Assembly: GCA_963727525.1 (NCBI GenBank)
Contig: CAVSGO010000002.1
Coordinates: 128,001 to 192,000 of the forward strand
Length of the DNA stretch: 64,000 nt
Direction of reading: 5' to 3'
DNA from: an uncultured bacterium
GTDB taxonomy: Bacteria; Krumholzibacteriota; Krumholzibacteriia; LZORAL124-64-63
Shown piece after piece: positions 40,383 to 52,124 of this stretch. Made by a program: the position numbers and the translations under genes. Numbering within the stretch: the first letter of the stretch is position 1; each line of letters opens with the position of its first letter. The notes under the pieces were generated by a model that was not told the DNA's origin, did no database searches, and worked only from the letters and a program-made list of their open reading frames with translations.

Positions 40383-42506
40383 ATGAGCGCCGAACTGGCG
40401 GCGGCGAAGCGGTCGCGACGTCTGACCATGGCCCTTGCCGGCAATCCGAATTCGGGCAAGACGACGATCTTCAATCGGCTCACGGGCGCGCGTCAACGCG
40501 TGGGCAACTACCCGGGCGTCACGGTCGAGTGGAAGGAAGGTGTGCGCCGCACGACCGAGGCGGAGCTGCGCGTCTTCGACCTGCCGGGCATCTACAGCCT
40601 CACCACGCTCAGCGACGAGGAGCTGGTGGCGCGCGATTACCTGCTGCGCCAGCGTCCCGACGTGGTCGTGAACGTGGTCGATGCCAGCAACCTGGCGCGC
40701 AATCTCTACCTCACCATGGAGCTGCTCGAGCTGAAGGTGCCCCTCGTCGTCGTGCTCAACATGAGCGACGTCGCCTTGAGTCAAGGCATGCTCATCGATG
40801 CGAAGGCGCTCGCCCATCGCCTCGGCGTTCCGGTGGTGCCGGCCATCGGCTCGCGAGGTGAGGGCACGGACGCCATCGAGCGCGCCGTCCTCGACGTCGG
40901 TCTCGGGCGCAACAGTTTCCATCCCGTACGTCCGGATCTCGGCGCCCGCGTGGAAGCCCAGATCGCGGAGCTGACGCCGCACATCGCGCGCGCGCCCCTT
41001 GCCGGGCTCACCGGACCCGATCGCTGGATCGCCATCAAGCTGCTCGAGAACGACCCTCAGGTGCACGGCCTCATCACCGACGACGCCCTGCGCGCGGCCG
41101 CCGCGCAAGCCACGCGCGCCCTCGACGAGGGCATCAACACGCCCAGCGACATCGTCATGGCGCGGCAGCGGTACGCCTTCATCCAGGATGTCTGCCAGGG
41201 CGCGTTGCGCATTGGTCCGCGCCCGGTGGGTAGCCTGAGCGACCGCATCGATCGCTGGGCCATGCACCCCGTGTGGGGCCTGCCCATCTTCCTGGTCTCC
41301 ATGTTCGTGGTCTTCACGCTCACCTTCACGGCAGGCAATCCCCTGATGAACCTGGTGGAGGCAGGGTTCTCCTGGCTCGCGAGCTTCGTCAGCAGCTTCT
41401 GGCCCGCCGGCAGCGACAGCGCCCTGCGTTCTCTCCTGGTGGACGGTGTCATCAGCGGCGTGGGCGGCGTGCTCGTGTTCCTGCCCAACATCGTGCTGCT
41501 CTTCCTGGCCATCGCCGTGCTCGAGGGCACGGGCTACATGACGCGCGCGGCCTTCGTGATGGACCGCTTCATGAGCCGCGTGGGCCTGCACGGCAAGAGC
41601 TTCATTCCGCTGCTCATCGGCTTCGGCTGCACCGTGCCGGCGATCCTCGCCACCCGCACGCTCGAGACCAAGCGCGACCGCCTCATCACCATGCTCGTGC
41701 TGCCGCTCATGAGCTGCGGCGCACGCCTGCCGATCTACGCGCTCATCATCCCCGCCTTCTTCGCCACCAGGTGGCAGGGGCCGGTCCTGTGGGTGATCTA
41801 CCTCACGGGTATCGTGCTGGCCCTCGTCGGCGCCAAGATGCTCCGTCAAACCGTGTTCCGCGGCGAGACCACGCCCTTCCTCATGGAATTGCCGCCGTAC
41901 CACTGTCCCACGGTCGGCAGTCTGGCCGCGCAGGCCGGCACCCGCGCCTGGCTGTACCTGAAGAAGGCCGGTACGGTGATCCTGGGCGCCTCGATCATCC
42001 TGTGGTTCCTCACCAGCTACCCCAAGCTGCCGGCCACGACGCCCTCGGTACCTCCCGCCGGCACCGCGACGATGACCACGGTCGACACAGGCGCTGACGC
42101 GGCCGCGGCCGCCATGCAGTACTCCTTCGCGGGCCGCGTGGGCCATGCCCTGACGCCGATGCTGCATCCCATGGGCTTCGACTGGCGCATCGGCACGGCC
42201 TTGATCGGCGCCTTCGCCGCCAAGGAGGTCTTCGTGGCGCAGATGGGCATCGTCTACGCCGTGGGCGGCGCCGACGAGACCTCGCAGGCCCTGCGCGCCC
42301 AGCTCCGGCGGCACTACTCGCCCCTCGTGGGGTTCTGCATCATGCTCTTCTGCCTCATCGCCACGCCGTGCATGTCGACCGTCGCGGCCACCCGCCAGGA
42401 GAGCGGAAGCTGGCGGTGGGCCCTGACCCAGTTCTGGGGCCTGACCTTCCTGGCGTGGGCCCTGACGGCAATCGTCTACCAGGTGGGTACGCGCTTCCTG
42501 GCCTGA
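40383..42506 (+). CDS. feoB: Ferrous iron transport protein B
   Basis: 'GNPNSGKTT', '[10 protein letters not shown]', 'DLPG.YSL', 'LNM.D', 'GFGCTVPA', 'MSCGARLP', 'FLMELPPY'. Confidence 0.97.
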   Translation: MSAELAAAKRSRRLTMALAGNPNSGKTTIFNRLTGARQRVGNYPGVTVEWKEGVRRTTEAELRVFDLPGIYSLTTLSDEELVARDYLLRQRPDVVVNVVDASNLARNLYLTMELLELKVPLVVVLNMSDVALSQGMLIDAKALAHRLGVPVVPAIGSRGEGTDAIERAVLDVGLGRNSFHPVRPDLGARVEAQIAELTPHIARAPLAGLTGPDRWIAIKLLENDPQVHGLITDDALRAAAAQATRALDEGINTPSDIVMARQRYAFIQDVCQGALRIGPRPVGSLSDRIDRWAMHPVWGLPIFLVSMFVVFTLTFTAGNPLMNLVEAGFSWLASFVSSFWPAGSDSALRSLLVDGVISGVGGVLVFLPNIVLLFLAIAVLEGTGYMTRAAFVMDRFMSRVGLHGKSFIPLLIGFGCTVPAILATRTLETKRDRLITMLVLPLMSCGARLPIYALIIPAFFATRWQGPVLWVIYLTGIVLALVGAKMLRQTVFRGETTPFLMELPPYHCPTVGSLAAQAGTRAWLYLKKAGTVILGASIILWFLTSYPKLPATTPSVPPAGTATMTTVDTGADAAAAAMQYSFAGRVGHALTPMLHPMGFDWRIGTALIGAFAAKEVFVAQMGIVYAVGGADETSQALRAQLRRHYSPLVGFCIMLFCLIATPCMSTVAATRQESGSWRWALTQFWGLTFLAWALTAIVYQVGTRFLA

Positions 42507-42533
42507 CCCGCCCCCACGAAGGCGAGGACCCGC

Positions 42534-42743
42534 ATGTTCGAGAACATCCTCGTCGGACTCATCGTCCTGAGCGCCGTGATCTGGGCCGTCCGCGCGGCCG
42601 TGAAAGAGGTCCGCCAGCGCCAGACCCCCGCCCCCGGCTGCAGCTGTTCGTCCTCGAGCCACTGCGCCACGCTCGCGGCCCGGCGCAAGGCGGTGCAGCG
42701 GGAGGCGGAGAAGGCGGAGGTGGCGCAGACGGCGAAACGGTAG
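42534..42743 (+). CDS. FeoB-associated Cys-rich small membrane protein
   Basis: Single TM '[15 protein letters not shown]' then '[10 protein letters not shown]'; directly after feoB. Confidence 0.75.
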   Translation: MFENILVGLIVLSAVIWAVRAAVKEVRQRQTPAPGCSCSSSSHCATLAARRKAVQREAEKAEVAQTAKR

Positions 42744-42797
42744 ATCGCCGGTATACGATATGCTGCCGCCCGGCCCCGGCCCTTCGTTTCTATGGGC

Positions 42798-42824
42798 TAA
42801 AGATACTGCTTAATTCGGCGATAC
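42798..42824 (+). promoter_or_regulatory. Putative sigma28-type promoter of the hybrid kinase gene
   Basis: TAAA-N15-GGCGATAC versus consensus TAAA-N15-GCCGATAA. Confidence 0.45.
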
Positions 42825-42895
42825 TGGCTTCGAGAAGTAGCGGCACCAAAATGGCGCCGACTCACGGGCATCGAAGTACCCAGCCGAAGTCGATC

Positions 42896-44704
42896 ATGAC
42901 GATTCGTAGAAAACTCCGACGGATCGTTCTCGTCACCGGTGGCCTCGCCGTGGTCACGGTCGCTGCCGTCCTGCTGCCCACGAGTTACCGTCGCGATAGC
43001 CAGATGATCACCGACCAGGCGACGACCCTCGCCGACGTGGTGGGCGACGCCTGCGCGGCGTCGTTGCTATTCAATGACCCGGCGGCAGCGACCGGTTTGC
43101 TGCGTTCCTTGCAGCAGGCCCCTGAGATCGAACACGCCTATCTGTACCGTCCCGATCACACCGTCTTCGCCACTTACGGGACAACGATCCCTGGTGACTG
43201 CCTCGAGGTGACGCGCGTCCTCAAGCTCGACGGCGAATTCATCGGCACGATCCAGGTCTCTGCCAGCCTTGCGCCGGCACGACGCGCCCTCATGCAGCTC
43301 CTCGTCACGTTCCTGATCGCCGCGGCCCTTGCCGTGATCTTCGTCATGTTCTTCGCGGACCGTCTCGGGCATGTCGTCACCGGGCCCATCCGTAATCTCG
43401 CGGTAGCGGCCGGTCAGATCTCGCGCGATCACGACATCGGCCTGCGAGTGGCGCGGACCTCTTCGGATGAGACCGGCGATCTCGTCGATGCGTTCAATGG
43501 CATGCTCGCCGAGATCGAGGCGACGACGGCGGCCAAAGAGAAATCCGACGCGGCCAATCGCGCGAAGAGTCAATTCCTGGCGAACATGAGTCACGAGATC
43601 CGCACGCCGATGAACGGTGTCCTCGGCATGACCAGCCTGCTGGCCGACTCTCCGCTCGATGCGGAGCAACGCGGCTGTGTCGACGCGATTCTCGGATCCG
43701 CCAGTTCGCTGATGACGATCATCAACGATATTCTCGATTTCACGAAGTTCGAGGACGGCAAGATCCAGTTCGATCGAATGCCTTTCAGTTTTCCGCAGGC
43801 GATCCATGATGTCGTCGACCTGCTGAAGGGCGGTGCCGAGGCCAAGGGAATCGCGATCTCCGTCCGCATCGACGCCGGCGACGGGACCTGGGTGGTCGGC
43901 GACGCCGGACGTGTGCGCCAGATCGTGACGAACATCGTCGGCAACGCGATCAAGTTCACGATGGAGGGCTCGGTCACCATCGAGGCGAGCTGGCAAACCG
44001 ACACGGCGATCCGAGGAACGTGGGTCGTCGTCATCACCGACACCGGGATCGGTATGGATCCCAGCCAGATCGAGGGCCTCTTCGAGAGATTCCGCCAGGC
44101 CGACGAGACGACGACACGGCGATTCGGCGGCACGGGACTCGGGCTGGCCATCGCCCGGCAATTCGCCGAGGCGATGGGCGGTACGGTGGTGGCGTCCAGT
44201 CGCCTCGGCCAGGGATCGCGTTTCGAGATCTCGCTGCCATGCGAACGCGCCGAGGGCCATGCCGATGGTGCGCCGTCTGATCCTCCGGCGGCGTCGACGA
44301 CGACCCGGACAGCTCTGCCGCCGGCGCGCATCCTGGTCGTCGAAGACAATGCGGTCAACCAGAAGGTCGCCCGCATGATGCTGGAAAAGCTCGGTATGCA
44401 GGTTGAGGTCATCGGCAACGGTGCCGACGCGATTCCCGCAGTCGAGCACGGCTCGTTCGACCTCGTGCTCATGGACTGCCAGATGCCCGTGATGGACGGC
44501 TACGAGGCCACGGCGGCTATCCGAGCCCTGGGTGGCCGTGGCCGCGACATACCGATCGTCGCCTTGACGGCACACGCGATGGCGGGCGACCGCGCTCGCT
44601 GCCTCACGGCCGGGATGGACGACTATCTCGTCAAGCCTCTCGCGAGCGACGCACTTGTCGCCTGTCTCGACCGCGGGCTCGTGGCGCTGCGGGCGCCTGT
44701 GTGA
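42896..44704 (+). CDS. Hybrid sensor histidine kinase/response regulator with YfiN-like (CHASE8) periplasmic and HAMP domains
   Basis: TM1, '[15 protein letters not shown]', TM2, HAMP 'DE.G.L...FN.ML', H-box '[15 protein letters not shown]', 'NAIKFT', 'GGTGLGL', REC 'VEDN.VNQ...LMDCQMP'. Start 42896 or 42851. Confidence 0.93.
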   Translation: MTIRRKLRRIVLVTGGLAVVTVAAVLLPTSYRRDSQMITDQATTLADVVGDACAASLLFNDPAAATGLLRSLQQAPEIEHAYLYRPDHTVFATYGTTIPGDCLEVTRVLKLDGEFIGTIQVSASLAPARRALMQLLVTFLIAAALAVIFVMFFADRLGHVVTGPIRNLAVAAGQISRDHDIGLRVARTSSDETGDLVDAFNGMLAEIEATTAAKEKSDAANRAKSQFLANMSHEIRTPMNGVLGMTSLLADSPLDAEQRGCVDAILGSASSLMTIINDILDFTKFEDGKIQFDRMPFSFPQAIHDVVDLLKGGAEAKGIAISVRIDAGDGTWVVGDAGRVRQIVTNIVGNAIKFTMEGSVTIEASWQTDTAIRGTWVVVITDTGIGMDPSQIEGLFERFRQADETTTRRFGGTGLGLAIARQFAEAMGGTVVASSRLGQGSRFEISLPCERAEGHADGAPSDPPAASTTTRTALPPARILVVEDNAVNQKVARMMLEKLGMQVEVIGNGADAIPAVEHGSFDLVLMDCQMPVMDGYEATAAIRALGGRGRDIPIVALTAHAMAGDRARCLTAGMDDYLVKPLASDALVACLDRGLVALRAPV

Positions 44705-44728
44705 CCTCTCGTCTCATCGACCCAGATC

Positions 44729-45286
44729 CTACCGTCGTTCGGCCAGGCGCAGGAGATGCGAGCTGATCGTCAAACCCGCCCGCTCGGCCCTGGCCTGGTC
44801 GATGGCGAAGCGGACTCGATCACCCTCGATCACGAAGGAGATGATGCCGCCGGCATCCAGGAAGTCGTCGTCCTCGCCGATCGTGAGGATGGGGCGTGTG
44901 CCGAGCCACGCCAGGTTCTTCCAGCGCGGATGATCACTTCGGGCGATGTGGCCGATTTCCGCGGGAACGAACAGGATGTCGCATCCCGAGGCGAGGACAT
45001 CCGGATCCAGGCCGTGTCGGATCTCGACTCGCGAATGCGCCGTACCGGCGGCCACCGCCGCGTCGAGTGCGTCGGACAGGGGGGAATCGCCCACGATGGC
45101 CACCACGAGGCGGTCGCGCGACGGACCGGTACCGGCCGGCCACGTCACGAACCTCACGAATCGCAGCATAAACGCAGCCTTGACCTGGTATTCCCCGCTC
45201 GGCGCCACACCGTTTCCCGGTGGCGCGGCCATCGCCGTCAGGCAGATCGCGAGCATACCAGCAATGGCGGCCATACGCCGAAGCAT
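44729..45286 (-). CDS. YfiR family (DUF4154) periplasmic protein
   Basis: Signal peptide; 'EYQVKAAFM.RF.RFV.WP', 'CDILFV', 'PILTIGE', 'GGII.F', 'GL.ISS.LLRLA'. Confidence 0.9.
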   Translation of the reverse strand: MLRRMAAIAGMLAICLTAMAAPPGNGVAPSGEYQVKAAFMLRFVRFVTWPAGTGPSRDRLVVAIVGDSPLSDALDAAVAAGTAHSRVEIRHGLDPDVLASGCDILFVPAEIGHIARSDHPRWKNLAWLGTRPILTIGEDDDFLDAGGIISFVIEGDRVRFAIDQARAERAGLTISSHLLRLAERR

Positions 45287-47307
45287 CAAAACTCCACTCG
45301 CCCCGAGATCGAGACGTGACGCGGGATCGCTGCAGTCGAACCATCGATCGAAACCTGCGGAATGTACTCCCGGTGCGCCGAATGCAGGTAGTCGGCCACC
45401 GTGACGGCGAACTCGAGGCCGTGTCGGGGCTGCCAGCGTAGGCGCGTCGTCATCTCGCCGTACCCCGGAAGCCCGTTGTCGCCGAGCACACCGACGCGCC
45501 GCCAGGCGGTTTCGAGGCCCAGGCGCGACGATAGTGCCAGCGAGGCCCATGCGTAGATCTGATGCTGAGGCGAGTTCGACTGGTCGATGAGCGCCGCGGC
45601 GTCCGGATAGTCGGCTGCCGGCTCGTTCCGCCAGCGCAGCAACGACCACGCGGCCCGCAAGCGACAACCCGCGACGGGGTGCGCGTCGAGCGCGATCTCC
45701 CCGCCCCAGGTCTGGGCGCTTAGACCATTGGCTGCCACGTTCGGTATCTCGAGATAAGGGACGCCGTCGAGGAAAGCCGGTTGCGGCGCCTGGGTCACGG
45801 CGACGCTGAGATCGCGATAGTGATTCCAGAACGCCGCGGCGTCGATGGCGACATTGGCATGGGGAACGATCCGGTACCCCAGCTCCCACGCCACCATCGA
45901 TTCCTGGTGCACGGATTCGGCGCCCTTGTACCGGACGATGGCAGCGGGCGCGTCCGGCGCGAGGACGCCGGCCGGGATGACCTCCTGGGTCCAGCTGATG
46001 TCCTGCTCGGCGTATGACGGCGAACGGGTCGAGCGAGCCACCGAAGCCCAGAGTGTCTGGTTGGCGCGCGGTGTCCAGATCAGGCGCAGGTTCGGCTGGA
46101 GCTCGGCGTCGACGTGTTGCGCTTTCTCCACCTTGACCCCGGCAAGCACCCCGAACACGCCAGGCGCCACGGTGATCTCGTCCTGGACGAACGCATTGGC
46201 GATCCAGTCGCGATCGATGGCGTCGCGAAAACCGATCGTGAAACTGTCGACGAAACGCGCGTGCGTCCAGCGCGCACCCGTTCCCCACACGAGATCGTGA
46301 TTTCCCGAACGAAAGCGGTGGTTGAAGTCGATGTCGAGCTGGTGGATGTGCATCTCGGAATCCGAGTACTCAACGATGTCACCGTTCCAGTACACCTGCA
46401 TAGCGAAGGACGACGCCGGCCCGGTGACGCGCTGCCAGCGGCCGACCGCGGCCATTTGCCGATCACGGTTGGTGAGCTGCTGGAATGTGGTATAGGGCGG
46501 CGTGACTCCGGTGATGGTGCGGCCGGTCTGCTGCGCGTGACTGTTCGTGGCGTTGAGTTGCAGGCTCAACTCGTCATGGATCGACGGCACGAGATTCAGC
46601 TGCAGAGCGGCGATCGTCCGCCACGCCTCGTCGTTTCCGAATGGCTCGCTCCCGATATCGGCCGGGCCGCTGGCGTCATGGCTGACGTCGACTCTCATGG
46701 CGCCAACGTTGCCAAAGGGTGCTCCGTAGCGCACGACTCCGCGCGCCGTGTCGAAGTCGCCGCCTTCTGCCACGACGAGGCCACCGAGCGTCCGGCTGGC
46801 GTTCTTGGTGATGATGTTGATGACGCCATTGACGGCATTGGTGCCCCACATCGTGGCTCCGGGCCCCCGGATGACCTCGATGCGCTCGATGTCTTCCATC
46901 GTCACGCCAAGCGCTTCCCACATCACACCCGAGAAGATCGGCGTGTAGACCGTCCGACCATCGACGAGGACCAGCAGCTTGTTCGCGAAGCGGTTGTTGA
47001 AGCCGCGGACACTGACGGCCCAGCGGCTGCCGTCCACGCGCGCCACGTCGACGCCGGGAACCAGCCGCAGGGCTTCCGGCACCGACCGGAATCCGAAACG
47101 CTGGATATCATCAGCCGTGACGACGTAGGCGGCCGCGGCGGTATGGGCCAGACTCGTGGCCTTCTTCGCGGCCGACACCACCGGTACGTCGAGGAGCTCC
47201 TCGAGCGACAGGTCGGCCAAGGGGGGGCCGTCATCGGCCGCCGACGGCAGAGCGCTACCGACCGCGAGGCCAGCAACAAGCAAGACTCCTAGGAATCTGG
47301 TCAGCAC
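45286..47307 (-). CDS. TonB-dependent outer membrane receptor
   Basis: 'LADLSLEELL...V.SAAK', plug 'EALRLVPG', 'LLVLVDGR', 'IERIEVIRGPG...G.NA.NGVINIITK', C-terminal Phe. GTG start with GGAGG RBS. Confidence 0.93.
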   Translation of the reverse strand: MLTRFLGVLLVAGLAVGSALPSAADDGPPLADLSLEELLDVPVVSAAKKATSLAHTAAAAYVVTADDIQRFGFRSVPEALRLVPGVDVARVDGSRWAVSVRGFNNRFANKLLVLVDGRTVYTPIFSGVMWEALGVTMEDIERIEVIRGPGATMWGTNAVNGVINIITKNASRTLGGLVVAEGGDFDTARGVVRYGAPFGNVGAMRVDVSHDASGPADIGSEPFGNDEAWRTIAALQLNLVPSIHDELSLQLNATNSHAQQTGRTITGVTPPYTTFQQLTNRDRQMAAVGRWQRVTGPASSFAMQVYWNGDIVEYSDSEMHIHQLDIDFNHRFRSGNHDLVWGTGARWTHARFVDSFTIGFRDAIDRDWIANAFVQDEITVAPGVFGVLAGVKVEKAQHVDAELQPNLRLIWTPRANQTLWASVARSTRSPSYAEQDISWTQEVIPAGVLAPDAPAAIVRYKGAESVHQESMVAWELGYRIVPHANVAIDAAAFWNHYRDLSVAVTQAPQPAFLDGVPYLEIPNVAANGLSAQTWGGEIALDAHPVAGCRLRAAWSLLRWRNEPAADYPDAAALIDQSNSPQHQIYAWASLALSSRLGLETAWRRVGVLGDNGLPGYGEMTTRLRWQPRHGLEFAVTVADYLHSAHREYIPQVSIDGSTAAIPRHVSISGRVEF

Positions 47308-47654
47308 GCAGACACCTCCAGGGTTCGGTTGCTTGCACCCTGCAGGTCCCGGACCAGGTGTCGGCGACACTGCGTTCCGGCGAAAACGACCTTCCTGAGC
47401 GCGAATAAGGACATCCGTAGCCCGCGGCCACCGGCGTTTCGGATGGCGAACCAGCGATCGTTCCCGTGCGAACATGGGTGAAAACCGGCCACGAGAACGA
47501 GCCGACGCGGCCACGTGTCTTGTCATGACATTGTGACACTGTTTGGGTGTGCGGGGTCATGGTGGCGCCCGGGCCACTCGAAGCGTGCACGGGTGTATCA
47601 CTGTAATCTGTTGTATTTATTTGGTTTAATTTATCTCTTGCTGGTGTTGATTCC

Positions 47655-47670
47655 CGGCACACCCCATGCA
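47655..47670 (+). promoter_or_regulatory. Putative sigma54 promoter of clpB
   Basis: CGGCACACCCCATGCA has GG-N10-GC spacing, 42 bp upstream of the clpB ATG; AT-rich IHF-like tract at 47604-47635. Confidence 0.6.
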
Positions 47671-47711
47671 AATGCTTGGCTGAACAAACGTATCCGAATC
47701 GAGGAGGCCCC

Positions 47712-50336
<2,625 letters not shown>

Positions 50337-50339
50337 GCG

Positions 50340-51110
50340 ATGTTCTTCCGTGACCGTCGGCATCGGCGCGACGCCCTCATGCAGACCCCGGCGCCGGCGG
50401 CGTGGGACGAGATCCTGCACCGCCGCGTGCCTTACGTGCAGCGGTTGAACGCCGACGACCGCCATGAGCTGCTCGGCAAGATGCAGGTCTTCCTCGCCGA
50501 GAAGCACTTCGAGGGCTGCGGCGGGCTGGAATTGACAGACGAGATCGAGGTGACGATCGCCGCCCAGGCTTGCATCCTGCTGTTGCACCGCGACACCGAC
50601 TTCTACCCCGACCTCGACTCCATCCTCGTCTACCCGCACGCCTACGTGGCACCAGTCGCCCAGCGCCTTCCCGACGGCACGGTCCTCGAGGGATCGCAGG
50701 TACGGCTGGGCGAGTCGTGGGTGCGCGGTGCGGTCGTGCTGTCATGGGACGACGTCGTCGCGGGCGCGGCCGACATCCACGACGGCCACAACGTCGTCCT
50801 GCACGAGTTCGCCCATCAACTCGATAACGAGATGGGCTACGGCGATGGCGCCCCCGCACTGCCGCACCACTCGATGTACGTCGCCTGGGCGCGCGTGCTC
50901 GGCGCCGAGTACGCGCATCTCATCGCCGCGATCCACGAGAACCGTCCCACGGTGCTCGACCCCTACGGCGCCACCAACCCCGCCGAGTTCTTCGCCGTGG
51001 CCACCGAGGCGTTCTTCGAGAAGGCCGACCTGCTGAAACGCCTGCACCCGGCGTTGTACGACCAGCTCCGGACGTTCTACCAGCAGGATCCGGCGAGCAC
51101 GACGATGTGA
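50340..51110 (+). CDS. MtfA/peptidase M90 family zinc-dependent peptidase
   Basis: 'IAAQAC', 'ILVYP', 'LGESW', 'DGHNVVLHEFAHQLD', 'YGATNPAEFFAV.TE.FFE'. Confidence 0.92.
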   Translation: MFFRDRRHRRDALMQTPAPAAWDEILHRRVPYVQRLNADDRHELLGKMQVFLAEKHFEGCGGLELTDEIEVTIAAQACILLLHRDTDFYPDLDSILVYPHAYVAPVAQRLPDGTVLEGSQVRLGESWVRGAVVLSWDDVVAGAADIHDGHNVVLHEFAHQLDNEMGYGDGAPALPHHSMYVAWARVLGAEYAHLIAAIHENRPTVLDPYGATNPAEFFAVATEAFFEKADLLKRLHPALYDQLRTFYQQDPASTTM

Positions 51111-51415
51111 GGCGCGGCGCCTGGCGCCGGCACCATGGTCCGCGGGGCCGGTGACATGGGACGAGGTGAACCAGATCGCGGGCCTGCCGGACGCGCAGTA
51201 GCGGACCTCGTTGAAGAAGAGAAGATCCACACCACGGCCGTCGCGTAGCCGGGCGCAAGCCGCCACGGAGACCTGTTTCAAGAGGGGGACCGGGCTGAAG
51301 CATCAGCACCGGCGTTGTACAAGCCATTGCGTCTGTTTTATCGGCGGGATCCGGGGAGTGCGACGCCTTGAGATACGTCGACGAGAGTCTCCTCCTGAAC
51401 GAAAACCACACAATA

Positions 51416-51574
51416 TACCGCCAAGGCAGTAAATTTTGGCGCCTTATGCCCGTTGCTGCTCACGTCAACGGTTCAAATATCTCTAATTACCGTCATGGCA
51501 GTAAAATATGCCGATTTCCATTTCCAGTCCTTGATTCCTTGCCGAATATGTCGTTAAATACTGCTATGGCAGTA
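51416..51574. promoter_or_regulatory. Three 16-bp palindromic repeats (candidate HipB operators)
   Basis: TACCGCCAAGGCAGTA (51416), TACCGTCATGGCAGTA (51488), TACTGCTATGGCAGTA (51559); 72/71-bp spacing; the last covers the hipB ATG. Confidence 0.8.
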
Positions 51575-51808
51575 AAAAAATCCCAAGATCTCCTCGCGGT
51601 ATGGGGCCAGACCATCCGTGACCATCGCAAGGCGGCCGGCCTGTCCCAGGCCGAGCTTGCCAGACTCGCCGGTGTTGGCAAGACCGCTGTCTTCGACATC
51701 GAGAAAGGGAAGGCCACGGTACGCCTCGCGACGCTGCTGCGTGTGCTCGACACACTCAACCTCCACCTGGAGCTCCGTTCGCCAGGGCAGACTGCCGACC
51801 ATGCGTAG
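51566..51808 (+). CDS. hipB: XRE/HTH antitoxin-associated regulator HipB
   Basis: 'GQTIR..RK..GLSQAELARLAGVGKT.V..IEKGK.TV.L.TL'; first gene of a three-gene overlapping operon. Confidence 0.88.
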   Translation: MAVKKSQDLLAVWGQTIRDHRKAAGLSQAELARLAGVGKTAVFDIEKGKATVRLATLLRVLDTLNLHLELRSPGQTADHA

Positions 51809-52124
51809 TGCGGCGGTAGGCATGCACGGTACGCGGGCGGCGATCCTCGAGGAGATCGAGCGCGGGCGCGCGTACCGCGTGACCTACGCACCCTCCTACA
51901 CTGGGCCACCCATCTCGCTCACGATGCCCGTGCGGTCGGAGTCGTACGACTTCATCGCCTTTCCGCCGTTCTTCGACGGCCTGTTGCCCGAGGGCGCGCA
52001 GCTCGAATCGCTACTCCGCCAGGCCAAGATCGATCGCGACGACCCGTTTCAGCAGCTCGTGACCGTCGGTGCCGACCTCGTCGGCGCCGTCACCGTCACC
52101 TTGATCGAGGGGACGGAGTCGTGA
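51801..52124 (+). CDS. hipS: HipA N-terminal-like antitoxin HipS
   Basis: 107 aa; 'PISLTMPV', 'PPFFDGLLPEG', 'L..VG.D.VGAV'. Confidence 0.88.
   Translation: MRSAAVGMHGTRAAILEEIERGRAYRVTYAPSYTGPPISLTMPVRSESYDFIAFPPFFDGLLPEGAQLESLLRQAKIDRDDPFQQLVTVGADLVGAVTVTLIEGTES

Noticed and set aside
47310..47515. Riboswitch (cobalamin or c-di-GMP) in the leader of the TonB-dependent receptor
   Set aside because: Hairpins are present (CATCCG...CGGATG, CAGGGT...ACCCTG), but I could not find B12-box or GEMM signature motifs; needs an Rfam/Infernal search.
51111..51360. Possible gene fragment on the minus strand ('DLLFFNEVRYCASGRPAIWFT')
   Set aside because: Too short and frame-ambiguous to assign; no convincing start or family motif.
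51410..51580. Three repeats at ~72-bp period as a mini-CRISPR array
   Set aside because: The conserved core is only 16-19 bp and degenerate, no cas genes are in the window, and the last copy overlaps an HTH gene start; operator sites explain it better.
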